From Chrysochromulina tobinii (lineage: Eukaryota): 39,067 bases of DNA. The notes under the pieces are model-generated. The model saw nothing but the letters and a program-made list of their open reading frames with translations. It did not search any database and was not told where the DNA came from. Of the stretch, positions 10,594-21,124 are shown piece by piece. Numbering within the stretch: position 1 is the first letter of the stretch; each line of letters starts with the position of its first letter. The position numbers and the translations under genes are program-made. The DNA is taken from the NCBI GenBank assembly GCA_001275005.1, contig JWZX01002840.1, forward strand, positions 1 through 39,067, written 5' to 3'.

Positions 10594-11404
10594 GCTCGCC
10601 CACCTCCGTTACTGCGCCATGAACATGTCGACCGGCTATTCAATCGTGCCTTTGCCAGGCGGGCCGCGTCGCCAGTCATATAAACATATGGCTGACACGG
10701 GCAGCCGAAAATGCTGCCAACAGACTTGATGTTACTTTTTCGGAGCGCAGCGCTGAAGGTGAAGCGGTTGTTTATTCCGTAATCCGATCGGTTCGTAACT
10801 ATAGAGTCGGGGTCGGGGCGCCCGCGCGCGCCGCCTCCGCGGCGGGGATGGAAGCAGCGAGGCGGCTCAATGTCAGACTTCCGTCTCCAGGCTCTGCCGT
10901 GTTCGGCCGTGTTTTAGTAGCGGCTTCCCGGTACGGTACAGAGCCGGTCGCCCGCGTTGCTTCGGCCTTCGCGACGTTTTCATTTCGTTTTGCTGCTAGA
11001 TTCGTTTGCATCTTCCAAGACCGTGTATGCGTGTAACCTAGAGAGGCAACCTCGAGGTGCATCCTTATCGATATTCTCGATACTGCCGGGATCCGGTTGC
11101 GCCGATGCGGGGCGGGACGCCCGGGCGGAGACGGACGCCGGCGGTCGTGGGCGCGGCGGCCGTGCCGCCCGGGTCGAGTGTCGCTATAGGACGCGCCCGG
11201 GCCTGACCCACGCCACGACCCCAGGTGGCGGCCAGTGCGTGCTGGCGGCATGGGTCGCCGCGCGTCCCCCGCCCGTCCGCGACGCGCGGCGTTGGCGCGC
11301 GCCGCACGCGCGGGGTGCAGACCCGATCTCCCTCACGATCTCCCGCGCTGTGAGAGAAGACTCCCGCAGGGCCGCCTTCGTAAACGCAAATTTCGGGGCA
11401 TGCA

Positions 11405-12349
11405 CTACTCCGTGGGGTCCAAAGGCGCCTCGGCCTGCGGATCCGACGCCTCCCGCGCCGCTTGCTCCTCAAGCATGAACTCGAGGAAGGCCCTTTTGCG
11501 CGCGAAGGACTCCTTGCCCTCGAAGTGATTGCGCAAGAAGTTGGTCGACAGCCGCCAAGCCGCCAGCTGTGGCATCTCCTCACGCTCCACCTGCCCGACG
11601 TCCGTCCAAAAGGCGTGCCCGACGCCGTAATAGGACATGACCTCATGCTCGACATTCGCCGCCTCGAGCGCCTCGCGGAATTTTTTGACCAAGCCCTGTG
11701 GGATCTGCGGGTCCTGCGTGCCAAAGATGCCGCAGACGGGCGCGCGCAGCTTCGCAAAGTCCTCGGGCGACGTGAGTGGATTGCCGTAGAACACGACCGT
11801 GGCCGCGTCCGGCTTGATCTGCGTCGTGAATCGCAGCGCCTTGCCGCCACCGTAGCAAAAGCCGAGCACCGCTGGTCGCGCGGCGTTCACGCCGGGCTGC
11901 TCAGACGCCCACGCGAACACGTCGGTGAGATCCTTGTTCACGCGCTGCTGTGGAGTCGATAGTGCAAGCCAGATGGCCTGGGGGATGAAGCTGGTCGTGG
12001 TGCCGCGAAACGTATCTGGAGCGATCACAAGGCATTCGAGCTCGTCTGCATAGGCCTGAGCCTTGCCGACGATCGACTCGGTGAGCCCGAAGAACTCGTG
12101 CAACACCACGAGGACGCGCAAAGGCTTTCCGGTGAGCTGTGATGGGCGAGCCACCGCCGCGAGAATCTCACCGCCATCTGATCGAGGAATGCGTGTGTTA
12201 GAGAGTGCCTCGAGGTCGGCTGAGGTGCGGAGCACAGCCGGCGGGTTCAGCAGGTGATGGAACGCGTGTGTTGCAGCGCGGAAGCTCGGCGCGAGGAGCG
12301 CAGGTGCTGGAGTCAGCAATACGAGGAGGAGCACAGCGGCCTTTAACAT
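11405..12349 (-). CDS. Dienelactone hydrolase family protein (carboxymethylenebutenolidase-like) with signal/targeting peptide
   Basis: VVLHEFFGL, nucleophile elbow GFCYGG, GIFGTQD, YYGVGHAF (Cys-Asp-His triad). ATG at 12349 (MLKAAVLLLVLL). Confidence 0.93.
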   Translation of the reverse strand: MLKAAVLLLVLLTPAPALLAPSFRAATHAFHHLLNPPAVLRTSADLEALSNTRIPRSDGGEILAAVARPSQLTGKPLRVLVVLHEFFGLTESIVGKAQAYADELECLVIAPDTFRGTTTSFIPQAIWLALSTPQQRVNKDLTDVFAWASEQPGVNAARPAVLGFCYGGGKALRFTTQIKPDAATVVFYGNPLTSPEDFAKLRAPVCGIFGTQDPQIPQGLVKKFREALEAANVEHEVMSYYGVGHAFWTDVGQVEREEMPQLAAWRLSTNFLRNHFEGKESFARKRAFLEFMLEEQAAREASDPQAEAPLDPTE

Positions 12350-12469
12350 AGCGACGATGCTATCGTCGCTTCGTCCTTCGACCGCGGAGGCGCGGGTGGA
12401 GACTGAGCGCACAAGCAAGCGTCTAAAGCGTCGGGCCTGTGAAACCATCTGCTGTGAAACTGAGCGTCT

Positions 12470-12521
12470 TAAAAGACACCGGGGGAGCCGGGACACACAC
12501 GGGACACACGGGCGCACACGG
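12470..12521. repeat. Dispersed AAAAGACACCGG-G(n)-AGCCGGGACAC motif, copy 1
   Basis: Near-identical to 15037-15065 and 15196-15219; partial copy near 12622-12650. Confidence 0.8.
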
Positions 12522-12676
12522 ATAGTCTCGTCACGTCTCGTCAGGCGGATGATTCTAAAGCGTCGCGCGTCGTCGGGCACCAAAAAACCTTCAAAATTTT
12601 GAAGGATCCGGTTAATAGAAGATACCGGTGGGAGGCAGCCGGGACACACTGTGGACAGCGGTTCGTACGTACAATA

Positions 12677-13915
12677 TTAGCGCCTTGGATGTATTTGACT
12701 GGTATTTGATCTCCTCCTCCTTTTCCAGCTCCATGGCTTCCACCAGCGCCGTCGCTGCTCGTCGGCGAGTCGCCCTGCGCCTTCGCCATCCCCTTCGCCA
12801 TGCTGGTCCGAGTTTGCATGAGCCGCGGCCGCGGCCGCGGCCGCCGCCGCCGCCGCAGCCGCTGCCGCGTCAGGCGGCGTATAGGCTGTGCCCGCAAAAT
12901 TGGCAGAGATCGTGTCGGCCAATCGTTGCATCTCAGTGCTGAAGGAGCTCTCAAGCTCTCTGGAGGCGCTGATGAGCCCATCGAGGATGGCCTTTGGCAT
13001 CTGGCGCTCGCCGCGTTCGTACAGGCGGCGTAAGAGCGCGCTCGCGCGAGCGACATTCTTCACCTGCGGAGCGATGAGCAGTGAACGCCAACGGTCCCAA
13101 CGGTTGGACGCCGCACGCGTCGAGGTGAGCACTGTGACTTCGCGCGCAAGCGGTGCGAGGCATGGGTCGATCGGACCGCCCGAGATGAGCTCATACAGCT
13201 CGTCGAAGGTGATCCGCTCGTTCCCGTCCGCGTCCGCCCACGCGAGGATCTCTTCGAGATCGAGGGCGGCGGACGACTGGTTGAGCTTGACGGCGTCCGA
13301 GATGGCTCCTTGGATGCGCCCGATCGTCTCGACCTCGACGACCTCCATGATGGCCTTGGTGATCTCGTGCTCGATCACGTCGTCGATGCTCCTGATCGTC
13401 GACTCGAGCTCATCGAGCTCCGCGTCCACGAAGCGCTTCACAAGCCGCTGCGCGTTGCCGTAGCCGCCGGGCGCCAGCATGCGCTGGATGCGCTTGTCAA
13501 AGTTGGAGCGCAGCTTCCTGGCGAGGAAGTCGGCTTTGGGTTTCGCCTCTGCGTCGGCCACAAGTGCAGGCACGATGCCTTGCTGCACCTGCCGGGTCGC
13601 TATCTCTCGTGTCACGACACTCACCGTTGAGAGCAGCAGCCATGGTGGCAATCGGGATGCCAGACGAGATCCGAGGCGTTCGTAGAACATGGCAGCCTCG
13701 GACGCGTTCTTCGGGTGCTCCGCCAGCACCGGAGAGGAGAGTGACCCGACGCCGCCGCTCATGTCGAGGCCCCAGAATTTGGTTGCACTCGCACGGCGCG
13801 TGCGGTGCGATGGCCCGCCGAAGAGGTTGCCGCTCCTGAAGAGGCGCACAGTTGTTGCTGGCTCGATGCGTACGCTGCATAGGAGCAGCACGAGCGCTGC
13901 CGCGGGCGACGGCAT
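12677..13915 (-). CDS. EF-hand-containing protein with signal peptide
   Basis: MPSPAAALVLLLCS signal; EF-hand loop DADGNERITFDE; poly-Ala tract near the C-terminus. Confidence 0.72.
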   Translation of the reverse strand: MPSPAAALVLLLCSVRIEPATTVRLFRSGNLFGGPSHRTRRASATKFWGLDMSGGVGSLSSPVLAEHPKNASEAAMFYERLGSRLASRLPPWLLLSTVSVVTREIATRQVQQGIVPALVADAEAKPKADFLARKLRSNFDKRIQRMLAPGGYGNAQRLVKRFVDAELDELESTIRSIDDVIEHEITKAIMEVVEVETIGRIQGAISDAVKLNQSSAALDLEEILAWADADGNERITFDELYELISGGPIDPCLAPLAREVTVLTSTRAASNRWDRWRSLLIAPQVKNVARASALLRRLYERGERQMPKAILDGLISASRELESSFSTEMQRLADTISANFAGTAYTPPDAAAAAAAAAAAAAAAAHANSDQHGEGDGEGAGRLADEQRRRWWKPWSWKRRRRSNTSQIHPRR

Positions 13916-13994
13916 GGCGCTCCCGCGACAAAATGTGAGTGCTGTGAACTGGCTGTTAAACTCATGTCGAAAAGTTCAGAATGTCCGTGGCATG

Positions 13995-14870
13995 TCAAAT
14001 CAGCACTCCCGAGCACATGATAACGAGTGCGAGCGCAGCCAAATGACGCCGCTGCTCCTTAGGGCACGCCCGCAACGCGAGGCCAGCAGCTGGGATCGCG
14101 ACGAGCAGGTAAATGCCGAGCAAACCGCTCAAGGTATCTAGGAGGCTGAAGACGGAGGCGAGCGCGCACAGCGCTGGGATGAGCGTGCCCGGGTTGGCGT
14201 ACATCGTCTTGGCGAGTCGCGACACGAGACCGGCTGCGCGCTGCACGATCGCTGTTGGATCGTCTGTGGCGACCCCTGCCCCGTCAGAGTGGGCATCGGC
14301 ATCAAAGAAGGCGCGGAAGAGCTCCTCCGCATCTGTGTCACGAAACCCATGAGCGTGTTTGCCAGCGCCCCGGTAAGGAGTTGCATGAGCACTCTCGCCG
14401 CGGGCGTGACGAGCCTCGTTGGCCTTGTCGCCGCCACTCAGATCGTGCACCGAGCGCTTCTGAGAGTCGCTCAGAACTGCAAAGGCTGCCCCAACACGTT
14501 TGAAGGCCTCGTCCGCACCGGCCACATGGCACTCATCCGGGTGCAGTCGCATCGCCAGCTTTCGATATGCCTTCTTGAGGTCCGCATCTGATGCGTCTGA
14601 GTTGACCTGCAAGATGAAATAGTACGCGCCGGGTGCAGTTTCGAGCACGCGCCGTACCTCCTGCGCCTCGGGGCTGTTGTCTGCAGGAGCTGGCTGTGAT
14701 TTAGGCGCCGCAAATGGGCCTGGGGCCTTGAATGAAGCTCCTCGAGCACGCGCTGCTGCGAGCCTCTCGAGGAGTTCAGCCTTTTCGGTGCAGCCGTCGC
14801 AGCTGCCCCCCAGCTCCACCAGCTCAGCTTTGAGGGCTTTGATAGAGTGGTTAGCCTGGCTCGCGTGCAT
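13995..14870 (-). CDS. Membrane-anchored J-domain (DnaJ) protein with N-terminal SAP/ARMET-C-like module
   Basis: YYFILQV...LKKAYRKLAMRLHPD...AFKRVGAAFAVLSD J-domain. IKALKAELVELGGSCDGCTEKAELLERL at the N-terminus. C-terminal TM segments. First ATG at 14870. Confidence 0.9.
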   Translation of the reverse strand: MHASQANHSIKALKAELVELGGSCDGCTEKAELLERLAAARARGASFKAPGPFAAPKSQPAPADNSPEAQEVRRVLETAPGAYYFILQVNSDASDADLKKAYRKLAMRLHPDECHVAGADEAFKRVGAAFAVLSDSQKRSVHDLSGGDKANEARHARGESAHATPYRGAGKHAHGFRDTDAEELFRAFFDADAHSDGAGVATDDPTAIVQRAAGLVSRLAKTMYANPGTLIPALCALASVFSLLDTLSGLLGIYLLVAIPAAGLALRACPKEQRRHLAALALVIMCSGVLI

Positions 14871-15024
14871 CGTTGGTAGCTGCTTGAACACGGGTGGCAA
14901 AAAGAGCGTGGGGTGGTTCGCGAGCCTTGCGTCAATCGCGGCTGTACGTGCTCACCTCCGCGTGCTCACCTCCGCATCTCTCTGGCTGTGTTTTGGTGCG
15001 CTCTCTGCTACACGTATTCATACA

Positions 15025-15230
15025 GTACGGTACCGGTAAAAAGACACCGGGGGGAGCCGGGACACGCACGAGACACACGGGACACGCGGACGCACAAAGG
15101 CACACAGACGAATCTCACAACCAACCAATCCCACCAACAACACACACCCCGCACGTCAGCGCGACGACCCGACGGTACCGGTACCGGTAAACGCCTAAAA
15201 AGACACCGGGGGGAGCCGGTATCCCGGGTG
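15025..15230. repeat. Two copies of the dispersed GGTACCGGTAAA / AAAAGACACCGGGGGGAGCCGG motif
   Basis: Copies at 15037-15065 and 15196-15219, each preceded by GGTACCGGTAAA. Confidence 0.8.
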
Positions 15231-15427
15231 AGAACGTGTGTGTGAACGTGTCGGGGGTTTTGTGTCGGGTGAAAGAGATAGGTCTATCTACAGCCATGCT
15301 ACTGTCTACGGGCGGGGACGAGGCCACGAGCGACGACCAACGAGGTCGAGGACCGTCCTCGAGCGCGACCGTCCTGGTACCTTGAAGCGACGACCGACGA
15401 GGACCGTCCGGTTACCTTGAGTGCCGC

Positions 15428-17287
15428 TTACTTTGCAGCATTCTGGGCTCGTCGTGCGGCAATCTTCGCCTCGTACGCAGCCTCATCCTCCGCCTTCTTC
15501 TTGAGTGCCGCTTCCTCCCTCTCCAATTTCGCCGCTCTTGCCGCATCAGCCGCTTTCTTCTTCTCACGCTCCTCGAGAAGCGCCCTCTTTGCCAAGTCGT
15601 TTGCCTCCGCTTCGTCCTTTTCTAGCTGAGTTTGCAATGCGCCCATCTTCGTTTTGGCTAACTTCAAACCATCGCCCATGGCAGTCTGAATTCTTCTGAT
15701 CTCCCTGTCATTTTCTTGCGCCGTGTCGCGCAACTTGGACAGACCTCTCTGGAGCTCCTCCATGTCGATGGTGCCTCCACCGTCGCAGTCGAGCAAATTG
15801 TAGAGCTCATCGATCTCCTCCTCCTCCCATAGGATCTTCCCTTGATCCTTGATCTTCCCTTGGTCCTTTCCCTTGGCTCCATCCTTGTTATTCAAGTAGT
15901 TGATTACGTTCCTCTTAAACTGCTTCTTATCCACCTCACGATTGGTATGTTCCCAAAACGTGAGGAGTTCATTGACTTTTGTGCCACGAATTATCATCAG
16001 ATACCCGAAGATCTTGTCGAGGCTCCCGATCCCCGGTTTCGTGCAGTTGGAAAGTTCGTGCTCACGACGTTGCATCGTCTCCAACGCTACGGTCGCATCC
16101 AACGCTGCCTGCGCAAGTTGGATGCGTGGAAGAAACCATTCGACCTTCTGTTGGGCCTCGCGGAGCTGCTCCTCTTTTGAACGCGCCTCGTCTTGCAGCT
16201 TTTGGACGGCAACTGTGAGCTCTTTCGCATCGAGCGTCCCCCCTCCGTCCGCGTCGACCTCGCTGAAAAAGGCGTCAATGTCCTTGACGTTCTGCCAATC
16301 AAGCACCTTGCGCGCATGCTTGCGAAAGTCCATCTTGGTGATCTCACCCACCACCCCCTTGGCATTGGTCGCCCAGGTCTGGACCAAATCCGGGACTTTG
16401 ATTTTCAGCTTCAGCAGGGTCTCTCCTAAATCGATCTTGAACGAACTCACCTGTTTGATTGCGATGAGCTTCACCTCAGACTCGTCCCGCGCCCTAGTCA
16501 AGTCGTCGATCATCTTCTGGAGCTCCGCAACGGTTAGCATCTTCACATTGAGCATAAACGGATCAGCCTTCTTTTCCTTCTTTTCTTTGTTTACCACGGG
16601 CTTTGAGTCTCGAACAAAGACAATCGCTTTGTCATCCTCGAGTCCTGCCATATACGAGGGCAGCGGCGGTGGCGACTTTCGCCCCTTAGAGCGTTTCGAT
16701 GCTGTTGCGGGTGCGGGTGCAGGTGCCGGTGCCGGTGCCGGTGCCGGCAGGAGAGATTCCGGAGCAGCATTCATGGTTGCTGCTGGCCTCCCAGCGCCCC
16801 TTTGATAGCGCGTCCAATTGAAGGGGATGAGATGGTTGCCGCCGTCCTTGTTCTTGCAGCTCACCCATCCAAGAGGTACCGTCTCGCCGCACCTTGCCAC
16901 GTGCACTCGCTGGGTCCCGTCTGGAAGCAGCTTGTGCGCAAGTACCCTGACGATTGACAACGCAGGCAGTTCACCTGCGTCCTTGCTGTCGAGCGTCGCA
17001 TCGGAGCGCATCTTCAGCTTGGCCACGGCTGCGTAGGTTTCCACTCCCTTGTATGCCACTACCCGTGCGGGCATCTCGGACGTCCATCTTGCTGGGCGCG
17101 GGCTTGCAGGAGAAGCGTGATCGCGGCACACCTTCTGCCTGGCACGATCCATGCACTCGAGTATATGTTCCAATCGAGCAGTCGGTGACTCGCTCCTGCT
17201 CGGGGGCGTCGGTGACACGCTCCTGCTCGGGGGCGAGAGCTCGGCCGTGCTCGAGCCCACGGGAGTGGGCCAGGGCACGATTTCCAT
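15428..17287 (-). CDS. EF-hand calcium-binding coiled-coil protein
   Basis: EF-hand loops DADGGGTLDAKE and DCDGGGTIDMEE. SH3-like N-terminal segment (LKMRSDATLDS...PLGWVS), PA linker, K/E-rich coiled coils. Confidence 0.8.
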   Translation of the reverse strand: MEIVPWPTPVGSSTAELSPPSRSVSPTPPSRSESPTARLEHILECMDRARQKVCRDHASPASPRPARWTSEMPARVVAYKGVETYAAVAKLKMRSDATLDSKDAGELPALSIVRVLAHKLLPDGTQRVHVARCGETVPLGWVSCKNKDGGNHLIPFNWTRYQRGAGRPAATMNAAPESLLPAPAPAPAPAPAPATASKRSKGRKSPPPLPSYMAGLEDDKAIVFVRDSKPVVNKEKKEKKADPFMLNVKMLTVAELQKMIDDLTRARDESEVKLIAIKQVSSFKIDLGETLLKLKIKVPDLVQTWATNAKGVVGEITKMDFRKHARKVLDWQNVKDIDAFFSEVDADGGGTLDAKELTVAVQKLQDEARSKEEQLREAQQKVEWFLPRIQLAQAALDATVALETMQRREHELSNCTKPGIGSLDKIFGYLMIIRGTKVNELLTFWEHTNREVDKKQFKRNVINYLNNKDGAKGKDQGKIKDQGKILWEEEEIDELYNLLDCDGGGTIDMEELQRGLSKLRDTAQENDREIRRIQTAMGDGLKLAKTKMGALQTQLEKDEAEANDLAKRALLEEREKKKAADAARAAKLEREEAALKKKAEDEAAYEAKIAARRAQNAAK

Positions 17288-17326
17288 TTCAGCGCAATCC
17301 TGTACCGGTAAATGCGTTTCGCGCGA

Positions 17327-17805
17327 GAGAGTACTTCGGGTGTGAGACGATTTGAACTGCTCCTTTCATCTGTGAGACGATCGAACTCATGCTTTCATGT
17401 GTGAGACGATTTAGTTGCGTGTGTGAGACGATAGTTGGTCACTTGCTTTTGTGAGACGATTTCAGTATCTAACAGTATTCCTGTTCTTTACTGTTTCACA
17501 CATCGCGTCTCATCGTCTCACAAACACAAGTTCATATCGTCTCACACACGCAAGTTCTATCGTCTCACACATGAAACAAATTAGTCCCACGAACGCAAGC
17601 GTCGAAGAATCGTCTCACACACGAAAGTGAATCCGACGTCTAAAAGATGTCATAAAAAGCCGTCGCCAAATATCGTCTCACATATGAAACTAAATCGTCT
17701 CACAGACTCAAGCGTCAAACTATCGTCTCACACATGAAAGCATGAGTTCGATCGTCTCACAGATGAAAGGAGCAGTTCAAATCGTCTCACACCCGAAGTA
17801 CTCTC
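17327..17805. mobile_element. Non-autonomous foldback/MITE (Mutator-like) DNA transposon
   Basis: Perfect ~84-bp terminal inverted repeats (GAGAGTACTTCGGGTGTGAGACGAT...), about 14 copies of TGTGAGACGAT facing inward, no coding capacity. 10-bp direct repeat TTTCGCGCGA at 17317-17326 and 17809-17818. Confidence 0.85.
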
Positions 17806-18064
17806 AAATTTCGCGCGATTATCCCTCAATGTCCAAAGCATACTTTTGGACTACTTTTGGAAAGCGGGCGGAGGAGGATTTGGGCCAACGCTGGTTACAT
17901 GTACGTGGCTCCCAAGGAAATCACCGAGTTGTGCGTCCAGCTCCGTGTGAAATGTCCGATTTCAAGGCGCCGTGCCGAACACTTCTTGTATTCGGGCACG
18001 TCGCGCAGCGACTCCAGACTCCGCAGTTGCCTGCTGGCCGTCGCGGCTTCCATCGAGGCCTGCC

Positions 18065-18259
18065 ATGCACCTTATGTTCTACACGAGCGAGACGGGCGAG
18101 CGAGTGTACACGCTCAAGAAGCAGACACCCGGCGGCAAGCCCACGGAGTCTGCTCACCCTGCGCGCTTCTCCCCGGACGACAAGTTCTCAAAGCACCGTC
18201 TCATCTGCAAGAAGCGCTTCGGGCTACTGCCGATGCAGAAGCCCCGGAAGGAGCTTTAG
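18065..18259 (+). CDS. NOP10: H/ACA ribonucleoprotein complex subunit Nop10
   Basis: [58 protein letters not shown]: hallmark RVYTLKK and [12 protein letters not shown] motifs, 64 aa. Confidence 0.97.
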   Translation: MHLMFYTSETGERVYTLKKQTPGGKPTESAHPARFSPDDKFSKHRLICKKRFGLLPMQKPRKEL

Positions 18260-19095
18260 GCGCTCTTCGACCCTCGCCGAGCCGCGACCCAGAAATTTGC
18301 ATGCTGAATACGTCGTATTGTGTGCATGAAGTAGCATGCACCGGGGTGAGATGTTCACTTATACGTGTTGTGTACATGTCGGCCGTTGTAAGATGTACTG
18401 TTGTACAAGAACCACAATCCAGTTCAAACCGCACCGCGCGCGCGTATGCAGCTCGCTGGCGCGTGTGGGCTACCGGACCGAACACTCTCAGATCATCGCG
18501 CCGAGTCGAATGACACTCTTGACCGAGTAATAGTAGTCAATACGTTAATCGTTATCAAGAGGACGATCATCGAATGATCGTTACAATAAACGATCGGATG
18601 TGGACACACACGACATAAAGAAGGAACAGTTCGGTTCATGCGGCATAGGAAGAAGGAACAGTCATACCTCATAGGATAAGGACCTTGCGTCGATTCGATT
18701 TTGATTTTACTAAGATTTTACATTTTTAAGCGGCGATACATGTATGTTAAGCGTGGCGGCACATATGCCCGCCGTCCGGCCTTGCAAGGCGGCTCGCGCG
18801 CTGCAGCGCAGCCCAAAGTACAGGTAAAGTTACTTTGGGCTGCGCGGCGCGCGAGCCGCATGCAATTATTGCAAGTACCCCTCATAAAAACAAGAAGACT
18901 ACATCCCCAGGGCTACTTTTCATGCCAAGGGCGCAAGGGGGTGACCCCTGGGGACCCCTGACCCTGGAGTGGCGCCGCGCGCCTCGATAAGCGCTCTTTC
19001 TTGTATATATAGAATTTGCGGAAGCGGAAGCGAAGAAGCGAGCGACGGTCCGCGAAGGAAGCCTTCCGGAACAGGGATTTGCACAGAAATCGAAA

Positions 19096-19854
19096 ATGAG
19101 AGCGTGGCGACAAATATCACGCGCTCGGCTGCTGAGCTCGCGCGCGGCCAGTCCTCTCGTTGTCCTGGGCTTGCAGTCAGGTGCGACCAAGAACGAGGTA
19201 AAGAGCAAGTTCTACACACTTGCCAAGCAAGTTCACCCGGATGTGAAAGCCGGCGGGGCAGCTGAAACCGATGCATTTACATTCGTCGAGGTTCTGGCAG
19301 CTTACGAGGCATTGATTGCTGAAATAGAGTTCGAGGGCAGCCGCGAGGCTGGTAGTACCACCGCACCGAACAAAGCAGCACGTGGCGGCAGCGTGCACAG
19401 TCGTCGCCAGAGCACCGCCAAGCAACCTCCACACGCTCGCACCGAGTGGACTGTTGGTGAGATCATGTGCGAGCAGCTGCTCGATGACGATTGCAGCGCG
19501 CAAACGCTTGCGACCATTTGGATGGATGTCAAGTCGTTTTACAGGCGTGCATCTCGCCCTGCTTCCGAGTTCATGGTCGATGCGCTCTTTAGTGCGTGCG
19601 CACGGACCGGCGGGGGGTTCGACGGGGCTCTCGAGATGCTGCGGGACGGCAAAGAGTGTGGCGCAATGTCTGGCGCTGCGCAGATCTCCGCCGTCTGTGC
19701 GCTGATGAAGTGGTGCGGCGAGGACGCGCGCGTGTCTTTCGAGTTCGTAGTCAACGAGGTGGATGAGTGGGAGCGCACACCCGAGGCCCTCGATCGGCTT
19801 CACTCGGCGTACTATCTCCGCTTCGGTGTGGACCCGCTCTGTTCCTGGCGATAG
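19096..19854 (+). CDS. J-domain protein, probably mitochondrial
   Basis: Arg-rich presequence, then PLVVLGL...EVKSKFYTLAKQVHPD...FVEVLAAYEAL. Confidence 0.85.
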   Translation: MRAWRQISRARLLSSRAASPLVVLGLQSGATKNEVKSKFYTLAKQVHPDVKAGGAAETDAFTFVEVLAAYEALIAEIEFEGSREAGSTTAPNKAARGGSVHSRRQSTAKQPPHARTEWTVGEIMCEQLLDDDCSAQTLATIWMDVKSFYRRASRPASEFMVDALFSACARTGGGFDGALEMLRDGKECGAMSGAAQISAVCALMKWCGEDARVSFEFVVNEVDEWERTPEALDRLHSAYYLRFGVDPLCSWR

Positions 19855-20361
19855 CAAGTGTTGACTCTCTATGTTTAATTGTAGCGTTGGTAATTCCTAT
19901 AGAGGCGTAGACCGCGCGCGCCCGACCCGCGCGCCCCGGACCCCGCACCCCGGTCCGAGAAGCGGCAAGCGCGAGCCCGCCGACGACGGTGTAGACAGTT
20001 ACGTGAGAGACCGCCCGGGCCCCGGCGCGCGCGCAGAGCCACAGCCGACAGCGCACAGGCCCAGGGTAAAACTAAAAGACTAAAACAGCTTGTCCGTGTG
20101 TGTCCCCGGGCCGACACTCTGGCGGCGCTCGTGATGCGGCGCGCCACGATATGACGTGGGGGAAGTGCGGGAACCGGGAAATGCATGGATGCCCATGGAC
20201 TGCTGCCACCGCTCGTCGCCCACACTCGGCACTGGACGTGGCCGCGACGCCGTCGTCGCACACCGCGAGCGCGACGCCGCGGACGCGCTCTCGGCGGCCA
20301 GTCAGTGTCACGCCTCCAACGCCTCCAACGCCTCCTACGCCTCCTACGCCTCCTACGCTTC

Positions 20362-20535
20362 CTACGCCTCCTCCGCTGCTTCGGGTGCGATTTTCTCCTT
20401 GAGCCTTGCCGCCGTCTTGCCAAGGGCGTTGGCGGCCGCCTCCATCTGCACTGGCGCGAGGAGCTGGGCATCTGCCAGCTGCGGCAAGGGCACCGCGCCC
20501 AGAGCGCTCAGATATCGCTGCTGGACGGGCTTGAC

Positions 20536-20579
<44 letters not shown>

Positions 20580-21068
20580 TCTGCCGCTGCTGCTGTTGCT
20601 GCTGCTGTTGCTGGTGCACAAGTGCCAGCCGATGACCAACCTCTTCAATGTGCCCCTTGATGACTCGGAACTCGGCCTCGAGCTGTTGCCGCTTGGTCAC
20701 TTCAACCTGCAGCCGCGCGAGCAGCTCGTCGGTGCTGACCGATGGAACAAGGGAGCGCAGCGGCGCCACGCGGGCATGCAGCGCATCACGCTCAGCTTCG
20801 GATGCGGCCCGCCGCTGCCGCGCGGCCTCTAAGCGAGCTTCGAGGGCAGCCACGCCACTCTCATTCGCCGCGCGAAGGGAAGCGAACACTGCCGCTACGG
20901 CGCCTGGCAGCTGTGCCGCCGACAGCAGCGGCCCTGCCCCCTCGATCGCCTTGAGCACTGCAGGGTCGAAAGGCAGAGGAGTCAAGCGAAGGCCTCCTGC
21001 ACCGTCGAAGTCCTGCTGCTGCCGCAGCTGCTGCAGCTGCTGCAGCTGCTGCAGCTGCTGCAGCTGCA

Positions 21069-21124
<56 letters not shown>

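Noticed and set aside
10740..11400. GC-rich intergenic block with CTATAG sites as a possible Helitron or MITE
   Set aside because: No TIR, TSD or convincing terminal hairpin could be identified by eye.
17341..17791. CRISPR-like look of the regularly spaced TGTGAGACGAT repeats
   Set aside because: The repeat is only 11 bp, orientation flips mid-element, outer spacers are mirrored as TIRs, no cas genes are present and the context is eukaryotic.
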